Under the pieces are notes generated by a model. The model was not told the DNA's origin. It was given only the letters and a program-made list of their open reading frames with translations, and made no database searches. The position numbers and the translations under genes are program-made. From Candidatus Heimdallarchaeota archaeon (lineage in GTDB: Archaea > Asgardarchaeota > Heimdallarchaeia > Heimdallarchaeales > Heimdallarchaeaceae), in contig DXJF01000114.1 in assembly GCA_019057375.1 (NCBI GenBank), positions 44,632 to 108,631 on the forward strand: DNA of 64,000 bases. The letters are read 5' to 3'. This document shows, piece after piece, positions 9,118 to 20,158 of the stretch; the first letter of the stretch is position 1; each line of letters opens with the position of its first letter.

Positions 9118-9843
9118 ATGATGGTTTCTGCAATTATTCCAGTCCATAATGAAGAAGGTAACGTTATACCTGTATACCGTGAACTAAAAGAGATATTGCA
9201 GAAAGTAACAACTGATTTTGAGATAATCTTTGTAGACGATGGGTCGAAGGACACTACCTTGGATAAGCTTCTTTCACTTAAATCTAAGGAAGAAAAACTG
9301 CGTATTATTCAATTTAAGAAAAACTATGGTAAAAGTGCAGCTCTTTCAGCTGGATTTGACAATGCAGAAGGAGATTCCATCATCACACTTGATGGAGATG
9401 GCCAAGATGACCCAAATAACATTCCTAATCTAATCAGTGCCTTAACAGAAGAATATGACTTTGTTTGTGGTTGGAGAAATAAACGTAAGGATAAATTTCT
9501 TAAAAAAACTAGCTCGAAAATTTACAATTTTCTAAATAGGGTAATTAATCGAAGTAAAATTCACGATAACAATTGTATGCTGAGAATTTACAGAAAAGAA
9601 GCTGTTTCGGATTTAAAATTAACAAAGGGGGCACATAGATACATCCCAACAATTCTTACCAGCAAAGGTTTCAGAATTGCAGAAATAGAAGTCAATCACA
9701 GACCAAGATTAACAGGGGAATCAAGTTATGGTTTCAAACGGCTTTTTGTTGGATTCTTTCATTTATTCAGATTTCGTTCTTTTAACAGAATTAATCAAAA
9801 GTCAATATATGCAATAGAAAAGAAATATGGTTTTGAGGAATAA
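9118..9843 (+). CDS. Glycosyltransferase family 2 (DPM1/ArnC-like)
   Basis: IIPVHNEE, FVDDGSKD, NYGKSAALSAG, TLDGDGQDDP. Confidence 0.9.
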   Translation: MMVSAIIPVHNEEGNVIPVYRELKEILQKVTTDFEIIFVDDGSKDTTLDKLLSLKSKEEKLRIIQFKKNYGKSAALSAGFDNAEGDSIITLDGDGQDDPNNIPNLISALTEEYDFVCGWRNKRKDKFLKKTSSKIYNFLNRVINRSKIHDNNCMLRIYRKEAVSDLKLTKGAHRYIPTILTSKGFRIAEIEVNHRPRLTGESSYGFKRLFVGFFHLFRFRSFNRINQKSIYAIEKKYGFEE

Positions 9844-9854
9844 TATCTAATAGA

Positions 9855-10844
9855 TCAAACTAGTTTCTGTTCTTTCATCCAGTTAAAAGCATCCTGAAAA
9901 GAATCTTTAATAGAATATTCTGGTTCAAAACCCACTATTTGGTTAATTTTTTCTAAACTATATACTCTTGTTCTACTGAATTGATTTACTCTTCTACGGG
10001 ATATTTTTGGTGTTGATTTTTTTATTTTAGCCATTGTTTCACTAAAAACAGCTGCAATTATCGCTAGTGGGAAGCTTATTTCTTCAAATATAGGTTTTTT
10101 TCTGGTAATTTCTCCGACCATTTCAAATAACTCCCGAGCAGTGCAAGTAGAACCAATAACATGAAAAGCTTCACAATTAGCTTTTTCTGTAGCTCCACAC
10201 ATAACTAAAGCTCTAGCTACATCCTCATGATGAACAAAAGAAACAACAGCTTTACCAGTTCCAACAAGAGGTATCTTTCTTTCCTTCAAAAGGTAATCAA
10301 AAACTTTGGGTGCTACTTGTCTATCCCTTGGACCAACAATGTAAGGTGGTCTAACTGCTGATGCAAAAAAACCATGCTCTTGTGCATACTTGAATATTAA
10401 TTTCTCTGCTATCCATTTAGTTTCATGATAAGGATGGTCAGATTTTTTTGGATAATCCTCTTTTATTGGTTGGTTTTTTACCTTGTAACCATAAATGCCA
10501 ACTGTACTTACATGTAAGAATTTTTTCCCATTGTTCTCAACAAATGCTTCAAGCAAATTCTTTGTACCGGTTACATTAACATCATAATATAATCTCGAGG
10601 GAATATTATCTCTAGCTTCTCCTGCAGCATTATAGACATCATCTATTCCGTTTAACGCTTTTACTAGAGATTCTTTATCAGTTAAATCTCCTTTAACGAA
10701 ACTGATACCTAGTTCTTCTAAAGCAGGATATTTTTTGTCTGACCTAGTTAATGCTTTGATTTCTGTCTTTGGATATTCTTCTCTTAATTTCTTAGCGATA
10801 AAATATCCTACTGCACTAGTTGCTCCAGTTACCAATATAGTCAT
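9855..10844 (-). CDS. NAD-dependent epimerase/dehydratase
   Basis: ILVTGATSAVG, HVSTVGIYG, YxxxK (YHETK), VRPPYIVGP. Confidence 0.9.
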   Translation of the reverse strand: MTILVTGATSAVGYFIAKKLREEYPKTEIKALTRSDKKYPALEELGISFVKGDLTDKESLVKALNGIDDVYNAAGEARDNIPSRLYYDVNVTGTKNLLEAFVENNGKKFLHVSTVGIYGYKVKNQPIKEDYPKKSDHPYHETKWIAEKLIFKYAQEHGFFASAVRPPYIVGPRDRQVAPKVFDYLLKERKIPLVGTGKAVVSFVHHEDVARALVMCGATEKANCEAFHVIGSTCTARELFEMVGEITRKKPIFEEISFPLAIIAAVFSETMAKIKKSTPKISRRRVNQFSRTRVYSLEKINQIVGFEPEYSIKDSFQDAFNWMKEQKLV

Positions 10845-10968
10845 TTTCTTCCATCTAAAGTAAAACGGGTTCTATATATTTTTTTAGAATGAAAAAGGAC
10901 TAGAAGCTAAATTATTTTAACTTCTGTTAAAGCGAAACGCTTTTTTAAACCGATTTTGTAACTAACTT

Positions 10969-12402
10969 ATGATAAAAATTTACAGCACTCTTACACGTCA
11001 ACTTGAAGAGTTCAAGACTATTGAACCTAGTGTTGTGAAGTGGTATAACTGTGGACCAACAGTTAATGGTCTAATGCATTTAGGGCACGCTAGGTCAGCC
11101 ATAGCCTTTGATACTATTCGAAGATATCTTGAGTATAAAGAATACAAGGTGGAATATGTAATGAATTTCACAGATATCGAAGATAGGGTGATAGAGGTAG
11201 CAAAACAGGAGCAAAGAGCTGTACTAGAAGTTGCAGAGGAGTATCTAAGCTATTTTCGAAGGGATATGGCAAGTTTAAATCTAAAAGAAGCTACTGTACA
11301 CCCTCGAGCCATGCTTCACATTAACCAAATGATTGAGTTCATTGAGGGGTTAATAGAAAAGGGATATGCATATGAGAGTGGTGGTGATGTCTATTTTGAT
11401 GTTAGAAAATTTGATGAATACGGAAAACTATCAAACCAAAAAATAGACAATATCCTACAAGAAGGTACAGAAGATGCTAAGAATCCTAAAAAACGCTTTC
11501 CTGCAGACTTTGCACTCTGGAAGGAGAAGAAAGAAGGGGAACCATATTGGTTCTCGCCATGGGGAGATGGAAGGGTTGGCTGGAGTATCGAATGTTCACA
11601 AATGTCTATGATGTACCTTGGCGATACTTTAGACATCCACAGCGGTGGTCAGGATCTTATCTTTCCTCATCATGAAAATGAAATTGCTCAGTCCGAAGCA
11701 CTTACTGGAAAACCTTTCGCCAAGTACTGGCTCCATAATGGTTATGTTAACATAGATAAGGAGAAGATGAGCAAATCTCTAGGCAATTTTGTCAATATTG
11801 TTGATTTGCTCCAACACTATTCTCCTGATGCTGTTCGCTTATTTGTCCTTCAAACCCATTACCGTAGTCCAATTACCTTTACTGAGGATGCAATAGATCA
11901 AGCTCAAATAACATCGGATAGGTTGTTTGATGTTATTCTACTAACCAAGAATTATGCAACCGATACAACAGTGGATGAAAGTGCTCTATCGGATTTAGAT
12001 AAAGATTTACTAGAAAAAATCACCAAAGCTAGAGAGGATTTTGTTAATGCAATGGATGAAGACTTCAACACATCTAATGGTTTTGCTGTAGTCTTTGACT
12101 ATTCTAGGGAAGTTAATGATTATCTTCGAAAAGCGGACAAAATTAATGGAGCTGTTATTAACAAAGCTGATGAACTATTCGATGAATTCAGGTCAGTTTT
12201 TGGTTTATATGAAGATTTTAACAGTTACTTATCAATGGATTTAGTTGAAAAGCTAGTTAAGCTTCTTGTTGAATTACGTGGTGAATATAGGAAAGAGAAG
12301 AATTGGGAAATGAGTGACAAAATAAGAGATGAGCTAAAGCAAGCTGGTGTCACCTTGGAAGACAATCCAAAAAGAATTCTCTGGAAACTTAGTGAAAACT
12401 AG
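10969..12402 (+). CDS. cysS: Cysteine--tRNA ligase
   Basis: CGPTV, HLGH (HIGH motif), IECS, DLIFPHHENE, KMSKSLGN. Confidence 0.97.
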   Translation: MIKIYSTLTRQLEEFKTIEPSVVKWYNCGPTVNGLMHLGHARSAIAFDTIRRYLEYKEYKVEYVMNFTDIEDRVIEVAKQEQRAVLEVAEEYLSYFRRDMASLNLKEATVHPRAMLHINQMIEFIEGLIEKGYAYESGGDVYFDVRKFDEYGKLSNQKIDNILQEGTEDAKNPKKRFPADFALWKEKKEGEPYWFSPWGDGRVGWSIECSQMSMMYLGDTLDIHSGGQDLIFPHHENEIAQSEALTGKPFAKYWLHNGYVNIDKEKMSKSLGNFVNIVDLLQHYSPDAVRLFVLQTHYRSPITFTEDAIDQAQITSDRLFDVILLTKNYATDTTVDESALSDLDKDLLEKITKAREDFVNAMDEDFNTSNGFAVVFDYSREVNDYLRKADKINGAVINKADELFDEFRSVFGLYEDFNSYLSMDLVEKLVKLLVELRGEYRKEKNWEMSDKIRDELKQAGVTLEDNPKRILWKLSEN

Positions 12403-12482
12403 GAGCTCCCTCCTTTTTTATTTCTAATTTCAGACAAAATAATCTAAAATGATTTATAATCTGTGTTTGACTAAAGAAGTTA

Positions 12483-12920
12483 ATGACTAGAATGTATGGT
12501 GTCCCTGAAGATTTCAAAGTATATATGTACACTGCAGTTGGAATGGTGATTACTGGTGTTGTGGCTTTTATTATTTTCTTAATAATTGGAATTACAGCTT
12601 TAATTTCAGCTAGTGTAATTGCCATCGGATGTGGTTTTTTTATAGCTGCAGGAATGGGCTTTGGCTTTCTTAGAAAAAAGAAGAAAGACACTAACGCTGA
12701 CCTCAATATTACAATAGTAATTAGAATTTTGTTACTTTTAGCTTTTGCTGTGAGTACTTATCTAACTATATTTTCAGGTTTTTATATTATAGAATCTGAT
12801 CCCTTCTCAACTAATATGCTTATCACTCTGGCAATTATACTTCCGATAGTTATTATATCGCTAATTACTTGTGACCTATTTCTAAATCGAAAGAGGAATG
12901 AAAAAGAAGGGAGTAATTAA
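12483..12920 (+). CDS. Hypothetical membrane protein (about 4 TM)
   Basis: 145-aa ORF with several hydrophobic segments; no recognisable motif. Confidence 0.6.
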   Translation: MTRMYGVPEDFKVYMYTAVGMVITGVVAFIIFLIIGITALISASVIAIGCGFFIAAGMGFGFLRKKKKDTNADLNITIVIRILLLLAFAVSTYLTIFSGFYIIESDPFSTNMLITLAIILPIVIISLITCDLFLNRKRNEKEGSN

Positions 12921-13015
12921 TCATTTAGCCATAAAAAAACCTAGGAATTCGTTAATTAAGGCAAAATCTGATTAATGGTTCCTGTTGAATTTGAAAGGAA
13001 TGATTTATACGATTT

Positions 13016-14602
13016 TTATCTCGAAATTAGTTTTCTTCTTCTTAGACTTATAGCAGATAGTAACAATGGTGGTATCACTAAAGATAATGGATGAAATCTT
13101 GATTCATTTGTAGTTTCTGGAGGTTTCTCAAATATTTGTACGTTGATTTGTTCGATGTTTTGATGCTCACTCTCATCTTTAATAACAATAGTTAGATTGT
13201 AGTTACCATCTTCTAAGTAACCCAGATCTACACTCAATGAAGTTGGTTGCCAATACTTCTTGAAATCAAGTTCAGATTGTTCTATTAGTTCCTCCTCGAA
13301 ATATAGTCTATAGCTGCCATTCATTGGATATTTATTTCTAAAGTTGTAGAAAGCTTCCCAGTTTATGATTGCTTTTTCACCAGATTTTATCCAATACAGT
13401 GAATCTATTTGTATTATTGGCGAAAGTGATACTCTTTCCATTCTGTAAACTCCTCCTGCAACATCTCCTTCTTCTGGAAAATACATCTCCCAAACAATTT
13501 CTGATTTACTATTTACTTCGACCAACCTTGCCCCAATTGTAGTTTTTCCTTCATGACCGTGTGTCCCAAAAGTTCCTAATTTATTACCATTGGGTAACAG
13601 ATCTGCGTCACCCCACCAAGCAGTATGATAATTCTTAGGAGATGAAAATTCATAAGTCGTATTAGCAGTCATTGTATTTTCATCAATAGTAATCTCAATA
13701 ATCCTCGAATGATGATTCAAATTGTCTGTCTGATTGTGTTCATCATTATCAAAATAGATGAAGGAATTTTCAGATATTATCTCTAGTGCATGACCATGAT
13801 AGAAGAGGCCGTCTTTTATGTTTCCATAAATATCTCTCATTGTAAAGTCTCCATGCTCTCCTAGAGACCAGAGAAGAGAACCTGTTTTATGATCTATCTT
13901 GTAGAAAGTGTTAGTATTCCTACAATTGACATAAATTACATCTTGATCTTGATCATAGCTTATAGAATTTGCATGTGTGACATCAGCAACCCCTCCAATT
14001 TCTAAGTCTTGATAAGGACACCAATGACTAAAGGGTATAAAGTCGCCCATATTCACACTCCAGACTAAAGTGCCATCAGGAGTATATTCTGCTATTTGAT
14101 CATACAGATATTCTGTTCCTTGGTTTTCAATTGTATACGGATGCAGTGTGAAATAAGTGTCATTTGCTTCATTTCTTTCATAGTCATGGTGTCCTTTGAA
14201 CCCTAATTGTTCGGTCTCATCAGTTTCAATATTCCACAAGAAAGCTCCAAAATAATTACCATATAGAAGAGTTGTTGAGTTGAGAAATTCAACGCTCATG
14301 AACCCATCAAGTCCTATATCTTCTTCTATGATAATATTTCCTCCCATATCTGTTAAATAAAGCGTTTTATCCACAGACGTATAGTCATCCATATTCCTTC
14401 TTTCAATAATAAAGAGATTATAAGCATCAAAATAATCACCATTAGAAGTTATTACAGGATTACCACGAATACTAGTAGTACCAGTTGATTCTTCGAAGTT
14501 TCCCTGGCTAATCATTCCGTTTGAAGTAAGGAAAAACAAGATTAGTATTGATGGATATATTTTGGAAGTTATTGAAGTATTGAGCATAGATAGTATCTCC
14601 AT
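13016..14602 (-). CDS. Aryl-sulfate sulfotransferase (ASST) family, secreted and C-terminally anchored
   Basis: GHHDYE, THANSI, YHGHALE, FDN, WWGDADLLPNGN; N-terminal hydrophobic signal and C-terminal hydrophobic plus basic tail. Confidence 0.75.
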   Translation of the reverse strand: MEILSMLNTSITSKIYPSILILFFLTSNGMISQGNFEESTGTTSIRGNPVITSNGDYFDAYNLFIIERRNMDDYTSVDKTLYLTDMGGNIIIEEDIGLDGFMSVEFLNSTTLLYGNYFGAFLWNIETDETEQLGFKGHHDYERNEANDTYFTLHPYTIENQGTEYLYDQIAEYTPDGTLVWSVNMGDFIPFSHWCPYQDLEIGGVADVTHANSISYDQDQDVIYVNCRNTNTFYKIDHKTGSLLWSLGEHGDFTMRDIYGNIKDGLFYHGHALEIISENSFIYFDNDEHNQTDNLNHHSRIIEITIDENTMTANTTYEFSSPKNYHTAWWGDADLLPNGNKLGTFGTHGHEGKTTIGARLVEVNSKSEIVWEMYFPEEGDVAGGVYRMERVSLSPIIQIDSLYWIKSGEKAIINWEAFYNFRNKYPMNGSYRLYFEEELIEQSELDFKKYWQPTSLSVDLGYLEDGNYNLTIVIKDESEHQNIEQINVQIFEKPPETTNESRFHPLSLVIPPLLLSAISLRRRKLISR

Positions 14603-14664
14603 ATATTATTCTCTTCAATAAATTTTTCTTTATTTCTTAATCATTAAAACTTATATTAACTGCG

Positions 14665-15417
14665 TTAAGATAAGTGGTTTAGGTTTTCTCTCGCCAAAAT
14701 CATATTCACTAGATAATATGGAACTTTAGTCTTTCTTCCCTCTTTGTTTCCCAAAGTCATATCTAGATCATAAGAAAGTGACCAGTTTTCTACAACAGCT
14801 TCCTCTCTGATTTTAGTAGATATTATCTCCCACTGTGTCCCAGGTTTCAACCCTTTTTCCTCTAATTCAATATAAACTTCTTGTAGAGTTGCTTCATGAG
14901 GAAAATGTCTAGCAATAGCACGCTCAATTATTTCTACAATTTCTATATTTCTTCCTGAACTAAAAAGAGCTAGTGGTTTATTCGTTTCTGCATTAGTTTT
15001 AGTGCTTTCCTTTTGCGGTATCGTTGCCCCATATGGTGTTTTCTCTGGTTTCAATTTTTGTTCAATCATTTCTGCTATTTCATCAGTTAGAACATGTTCC
15101 CATTTACATGCTTCTTCATGTATCTTTGACCATGGAACACCTAACCATTCAAGAAAACTTTCAGATAGTCTGTGCTTTCGCACAACTTTTCTAGCTATTT
15201 CCTCTCCCTCAGAGGTTAACTTAGCACCGTAATATGGCTTATACTCAATAAATCCTTTTTTTGATAATTTCTTAAACATTGAAGTAACTGTACCCGGATC
15301 TACATTCATCATTTCAGCTATTTGGTTGGTTTTAACGTTTTTAGTACCATATTCAAAAAACCAGAAGAAAGTTTCTAGATACTCCTCTTCTGCAGCTGTT
15401 ACTTCTGTTTGATTCAT
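14665..15417 (-). CDS. DtxR/MntR family metal-dependent regulator
   Basis: EEEYLE, PGTVTSMFKKL, RKHRLSE, IHEEACKWEH, TPYGATIP. Confidence 0.9.
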   Translation of the reverse strand: MNQTEVTAAEEEYLETFFWFFEYGTKNVKTNQIAEMMNVDPGTVTSMFKKLSKKGFIEYKPYYGAKLTSEGEEIARKVVRKHRLSESFLEWLGVPWSKIHEEACKWEHVLTDEIAEMIEQKLKPEKTPYGATIPQKESTKTNAETNKPLALFSSGRNIEIVEIIERAIARHFPHEATLQEVYIELEEKGLKPGTQWEIISTKIREEAVVENWSLSYDLDMTLGNKEGRKTKVPYYLVNMILARENLNHLS

Positions 15418-15444
15418 GGGAAACCCTATAGGTTGTTATAGAAA

Positions 15445-16236
15445 TCATTCACCTTTGAAATCAGGCTTTCTCTTTTCAAGTACAGCTTTTATTCCTTCTC
15501 TTATATCTTTAGTCCTAAAACAAGTCCTTATTCCTTTAGTTTCAGCTCTATATCCTCCATCGATTGAGGTATTAAGTCCTCTCTTTATTGCTTTCTTGGC
15601 TTCTCTTAGAGCAATGGGTGCATTATTAACAATGATTTCAGCTTTTTCTATCGCTTTTACTTTCAGTTCTTCTAGAGGAACTTTTTCACTAATCAAACCT
15701 ATTTCAAGAGCTTCATCAGCTGAGAATTTTCTTCCAGTTAAGATGAGATCTTTTGCAATGCTCAAACCTACAACCTTGGGGAGACGATAAGTTCCACCCC
15801 AACCTGGTTGCAATCCTATGGTGGTCTCAGTCAGCCCAAATAAGGCAGTATCAGCTGCTATTCGTATATCGCATGAAAGAGCTAATTCCATCCCTCCACC
15901 TAGAGCATATCCATTAATCGCAGCTATCACAGGAGTTGGATGATTTTCAATTTGTGAAAACACTTTTTGCCCTTTCTTTATAGCTGTCATCACTCTCCAT
16001 CCAAGGGATGCGGTCCATTTTAAATCCACACCAGCAGACCAACTTTTACCTTCAGCATAGATAATTACTGCTCTAACATTTTTCTTTTTCTTTAACGATT
16101 TGAGTGTAATAGATAACTGATTTAACAACTTATCATTGAAAGCATTCAAAGCTTTTTGACGATTAAGTGTAATTAAAGCGATGTTATTGTTTTCACCTAC
16201 ATAATCTAGTAGGAGTAAAGAATTATTCTCGGCCAT
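15445..16236 (-). CDS. Enoyl-CoA hydratase/isomerase
   Basis: SAGVDL, AAINGYALGGGMELALSCDIR, FGLTETTIGLQPGWGGT. Confidence 0.92.
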   Translation of the reverse strand: MAENNSLLLLDYVGENNNIALITLNRQKALNAFNDKLLNQLSITLKSLKKKKNVRAVIIYAEGKSWSAGVDLKWTASLGWRVMTAIKKGQKVFSQIENHPTPVIAAINGYALGGGMELALSCDIRIAADTALFGLTETTIGLQPGWGGTYRLPKVVGLSIAKDLILTGRKFSADEALEIGLISEKVPLEELKVKAIEKAEIIVNNAPIALREAKKAIKRGLNTSIDGGYRAETKGIRTCFRTKDIREGIKAVLEKRKPDFKGE

Positions 16237-16466
16237 GAACTAACTATCCCTATGTCATATCTAAATTTTATGTAGTGTATTGTTAATATATTTAGTGATA
16301 AGAGAAAATTGCAGTAGAAAATAACTTAGGAGCTTTAGATTGTACAATTCAAAAGTGAATAATACTAAAATAATACGATAAGCATATATTTATCCGGTAA
16401 AAAAGGCGGTACTTCAGCTGATGCTGGAAAGAAGTTTCGCGTAGAAAATGTTATGTCACCAAATGA

Positions 16467-18047
16467 TTAATCCGCTTCATACCCTCCTCCACCTGGAGTC
16501 TCAATAATCACTATATCTCCCTTCTTAATTTCCTTAGTGACTTTAGATGGAAGACAAATTGATTCACCATCTTGTCTCAAGATATTGCGACCTTTGGAAC
16601 CAGTTCCTCCTCCCAGTAATCCAAATGGAGAATGTTCTCTTCTTTCACTTTGTATTGACAGTACGGCTTTTTGTGCTAACAACTCAACTGATCGACGAAC
16701 ACCATTACTCCCTTGCCATTTTCCTGAGCCACCAGTATTAGGTATAATTGAGTATTCATGTATTCGCAAAGGATAATATCGTTCTAGAACTTCTACTGAA
16801 GTATTCCTTGTATTGGTCATGTGACTGTGTTTTGCATGGGGAGGAGTGTAATCCTTTCCTGCACCTATACCTCCAGCAATTGTTTCATAGTAAGTAAATT
16901 GAACACCTTTTGGGTTTATTCCTCCAATAATTATATTGTTCATTGTTCCACTACTTGCAGCTGGTACCGCTGTTGGGAAAAGTTGTGCAAAAGCACCTAA
17001 CATAACATCAGTTATTCTTTGACTTGTTTCTACATTCCCTGCAGCTACTCCCGCGGGGGGAAGAGGATCAACTAAAGTTCCTTTTTTGGTTATAACCTCC
17101 AAAGTTTCATAGAGGCCATAGTTTGTTGCATAGTCTCTAGAAACTAAACAACGCAGAATGTAATATGTTGCTGAAAGTGTTACTGCATAGGGGGCATTGA
17201 TGTTTCCTTCTACTTGAGAGTCGGTTTTACTATAATCAACAATAAGTTTTTCACCCTTTCTTTGCACTTCAGCCGTAATTGCAATTGGTTCTTCCGTCAC
17301 CCCATCATTATCCATATAATCAGTATAGGCTACAATTTCATCCTCAGGAATGGTTTTCACAAGCTTTAAAGAAGCACTTCTTGATCTTTTATTCAAGAAA
17401 TCTATTATTTTTTGAACCCTATCCAGAGAATATTTTTTCAAAAGAGCATGGAATTTTTTCTCACCAATCTTTGTAGAAGCTAATTGAGCTTGTATATCTC
17501 CTTTCCGTTCATTTGGAACACGAATATTGTCAAGAAAATAATCTAACCATTCTTGGTTTAAAATACCATTTCTTTCCAGTATGGTTGGATCTATGACAAA
17601 CCCCTCTTCTTCTAAAGTATACTTCCCACTGGGCATAGAACCGGGGACTACACCTCCAACGTCTGCATGATGGCACCTATTTGCAATATACCCTACTAAT
17701 GTTCTATCAAAGAAAATAGGTTTAACTACAGATATGTCTGGAAGATGTGTTCCACCCAAATAAGGATTATTTGCAATGTAAATATCCCCATCCCTGATGT
17801 TATCCTCACCAAAATGCTTGATTAAAGCTTTAACTCCCTCTGGCATCGCACCAAGATGAACTGGAATGTGCTCTGCCTGAGCAATTAATCTACCTTTGTG
17901 ATCCATTATAGCACTTGAAAAGTCTAATCTATCTCTTATATTTGGGGAAAAGGCTGACCGTTGAAGAACGATTCCTGTTTCTAAAGCTACGTTCTTCAGT
18001 GACTGATTAATGACTTGTGCCTCTATGAGACTAAATTTAGAACTCAT
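16467..18047 (-). CDS. Hydantoinase B / 5-oxoprolinase subunit
   Basis: SPNIRDRLDFS, HIPVHLG, GGTHLPD, HHADVGG, GNVETSQR, IETPGGGGY. Confidence 0.93.
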   Translation of the reverse strand: MSSKFSLIEAQVINQSLKNVALETGIVLQRSAFSPNIRDRLDFSSAIMDHKGRLIAQAEHIPVHLGAMPEGVKALIKHFGEDNIRDGDIYIANNPYLGGTHLPDISVVKPIFFDRTLVGYIANRCHHADVGGVVPGSMPSGKYTLEEEGFVIDPTILERNGILNQEWLDYFLDNIRVPNERKGDIQAQLASTKIGEKKFHALLKKYSLDRVQKIIDFLNKRSRSASLKLVKTIPEDEIVAYTDYMDNDGVTEEPIAITAEVQRKGEKLIVDYSKTDSQVEGNINAPYAVTLSATYYILRCLVSRDYATNYGLYETLEVITKKGTLVDPLPPAGVAAGNVETSQRITDVMLGAFAQLFPTAVPAASSGTMNNIIIGGINPKGVQFTYYETIAGGIGAGKDYTPPHAKHSHMTNTRNTSVEVLERYYPLRIHEYSIIPNTGGSGKWQGSNGVRRSVELLAQKAVLSIQSERREHSPFGLLGGGTGSKGRNILRQDGESICLPSKVTKEIKKGDIVIIETPGGGGYEAD

Positions 18048-20119
18048 TTTCTCTCCTCCATTATTATGTATCCTAAATTGTTTACCCGCCCAATTACTGA
18101 AGGTGGAATTACAGTAGTTGTATCAAGTTGATCAATAATACATGGTCCGTCTAGAACATTACCTGATAGCAATTTTTGCTTATCATAAACTGGAATATTT
18201 ATCCACTCTCCATCAAAATTAACACTTCGGTTTGTTTTAATCGCATCTTCAGGTGGATTTTCAGAACCCTTAGCTAACTTTGTGAATTCTATTCTTGGTA
18301 CTTTACCAACTCCCCTTACAGATAAGTTTACTATCTCAACTATGAGTTCTTTATCAAACCAAGAATAATTCTGATTATGTAACAACTGAAATTTTTCAGT
18401 TACAGATTCTAGTTGTTTTTTATCAATTGGGAATGTAACAGGTAAGGTTAGAAAGTCAGATTGACCCACGTATCTCATATCTAAGGAATAATCAAAGGAT
18501 TGATTTTTGCTTCTAACCTCTTCACTTGTAAGAACTTCTTTCAGATTTTCCTCGATTTCCTTAAGTTTTTCATTCATCTCAGTAAAATCTACTTCATCTT
18601 TAGTTTGAAGATAGGATTGTGTATGTTCGTGTTTAATGTCTGAACAGACAAGTCCAAAAGCTGACCAAACACCAGGGAAGGGTGGAATAATAACACCGTC
18701 CATTTCAAGCTCTTGAGCTATTTCCCAAGCTTGTAGAGGACCAGCTCCACCAAACCCTAGCAGAGCAAAATCTCTTGGGTCTAATCCTCTTTGTATTGTC
18801 ACTACCCTGATTGCATTAGCAATGTTGTTGTTTAGTATCTTCCTGATAGATAATGCTAGTTCATCTACGGTCACTATTTCAAGAGGGAATGGTGATGACT
18901 TGATTTCATTTAATAGATTATTGAGTTGTAGAGTTGCTTTATCTTTATCTATATTCAAACTCCCTGCAAAATTATCTTGATGAACATAACCCAGATACAG
19001 ATTTGCATCAGTTAAGGTTACCTTATCTCCTCCTAGAGAGTAGCACGCTGGACCAGGATTTGCCCCCTGAGACTCTGGTCCAACAGATAATAAACCATCT
19101 TTAAAGTCTGCAATTGATCCACCACCACTACCTATTGTTTCTACATCCACCATACTTGCAACTAGTGGGAAACCTCTAAATTCTCTTGATCTTAAAACAA
19201 TTGGACCATTTATTAGAGCTGCAACATCAGTAGATGTTCCCCCTATATCAAGAGAAACTAAGTGCGTTCTGTTTAAGTGTTTAAGACTATCAGCTGCAGC
19301 TAAGACTCCACCCGCAAGCCCAGAATAAAGAGTTTGTATACCCGATTTACCTATCGAAACAACATCTGCCATTCCAGTATTGGATTGCATAATAAGTAGA
19401 GGAGATTCCACTCCTAGATTTATTAGCTTACTTTTCAATCTCGATAAGTATGAATTGACCACTGGGCTAACTTTAGCATTAACGATTGTTGTAACAGCCC
19501 TTTCATACTCCTTGATTTGAGGACTTATCTCATGAGATGTAAAAACATTGTAACCCTTCTCCGAAAAATATTCAGCAACCCTCTTCTCATGTTCTATATT
19601 GAGAAAAGAAAAAAGAAAGGAGATGGCTAAGTTCTTAACTGACTTTGACTCAAACATCTGTAAAGAATTTTCCAACGAACGAAGATCAAGAGATTTGACA
19701 ATCTTTCCATTACTATCAACTCTTTCTTCAACCTCGTAAAGAACATCTTTTTGAAAATTAACTGGATATTTCTGATTGAATTTAAGATTATAGAGTTCTG
19801 ACCTTTGTTGTCTTCCAATTTCAACTATGTCTTTGAATCCTTTTGTAGTTAGGAAAGCAATAGGGGGACATTTGTCCTCTAGAAATGCATTTGTTCCTAT
19901 TGTTGTCCCATGAACAATCACTTCCACATCATTTTTTTGAAAGTGATGCTTTTCCATAATTTCGTTGAAACCAAAGATTATACCCTCACTTGGATCAGTA
20001 GGAGTAGTAGGAGTCTTCCATGCAGAAATATGTCCGTTAGTTACAATAACATAATCTGTGAAAGTCCCGCCCGTATCAATTCCAATTCTAACTTGTGATG
20101 ATAGATTGTCCCCGTTCAA
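18044..20119 (-). CDS. Hydantoinase A / 5-oxoprolinase ATP-binding subunit
   Basis: GIDTGGTFTD, HGTTIGTN, DIGGTSTD, SGGGSI, GPESQGANPGPACY, FGGAGP. Confidence 0.93.
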   Translation of the reverse strand: MNGDNLSSQVRIGIDTGGTFTDYVIVTNGHISAWKTPTTPTDPSEGIIFGFNEIMEKHHFQKNDVEVIVHGTTIGTNAFLEDKCPPIAFLTTKGFKDIVEIGRQQRSELYNLKFNQKYPVNFQKDVLYEVEERVDSNGKIVKSLDLRSLENSLQMFESKSVKNLAISFLFSFLNIEHEKRVAEYFSEKGYNVFTSHEISPQIKEYERAVTTIVNAKVSPVVNSYLSRLKSKLINLGVESPLLIMQSNTGMADVVSIGKSGIQTLYSGLAGGVLAAADSLKHLNRTHLVSLDIGGTSTDVAALINGPIVLRSREFRGFPLVASMVDVETIGSGGGSIADFKDGLLSVGPESQGANPGPACYSLGGDKVTLTDANLYLGYVHQDNFAGSLNIDKDKATLQLNNLLNEIKSSPFPLEIVTVDELALSIRKILNNNIANAIRVVTIQRGLDPRDFALLGFGGAGPLQAWEIAQELEMDGVIIPPFPGVWSAFGLVCSDIKHEHTQSYLQTKDEVDFTEMNEKLKEIEENLKEVLTSEEVRSKNQSFDYSLDMRYVGQSDFLTLPVTFPIDKKQLESVTEKFQLLHNQNYSWFDKELIVEIVNLSVRGVGKVPRIEFTKLAKGSENPPEDAIKTNRSVNFDGEWINIPVYDKQKLLSGNVLDGPCIIDQLDTTTVIPPSVIGRVNNLGYIIMEERK

Positions 20120-20124
20120 AGTTA

Positions 20125-20146
20125 TTCAGATTACAGAGAATCTGAA
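20125..20146. terminator. Perfect 8-bp hairpin TTCAGATT-N6-AATCTGAA
   Basis: Lies between the small ORF stop (20159) and the hydantoinase A start (20119); terminator or attenuator role is inferred. Confidence 0.4.
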
Positions 20147-20158
20147 CCAATTTAAAGT

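Noticed and set aside
12389-12706. 105-aa minus-strand ORF
   Set aside because: Antisense shadow of the membrane protein at 12483-12920
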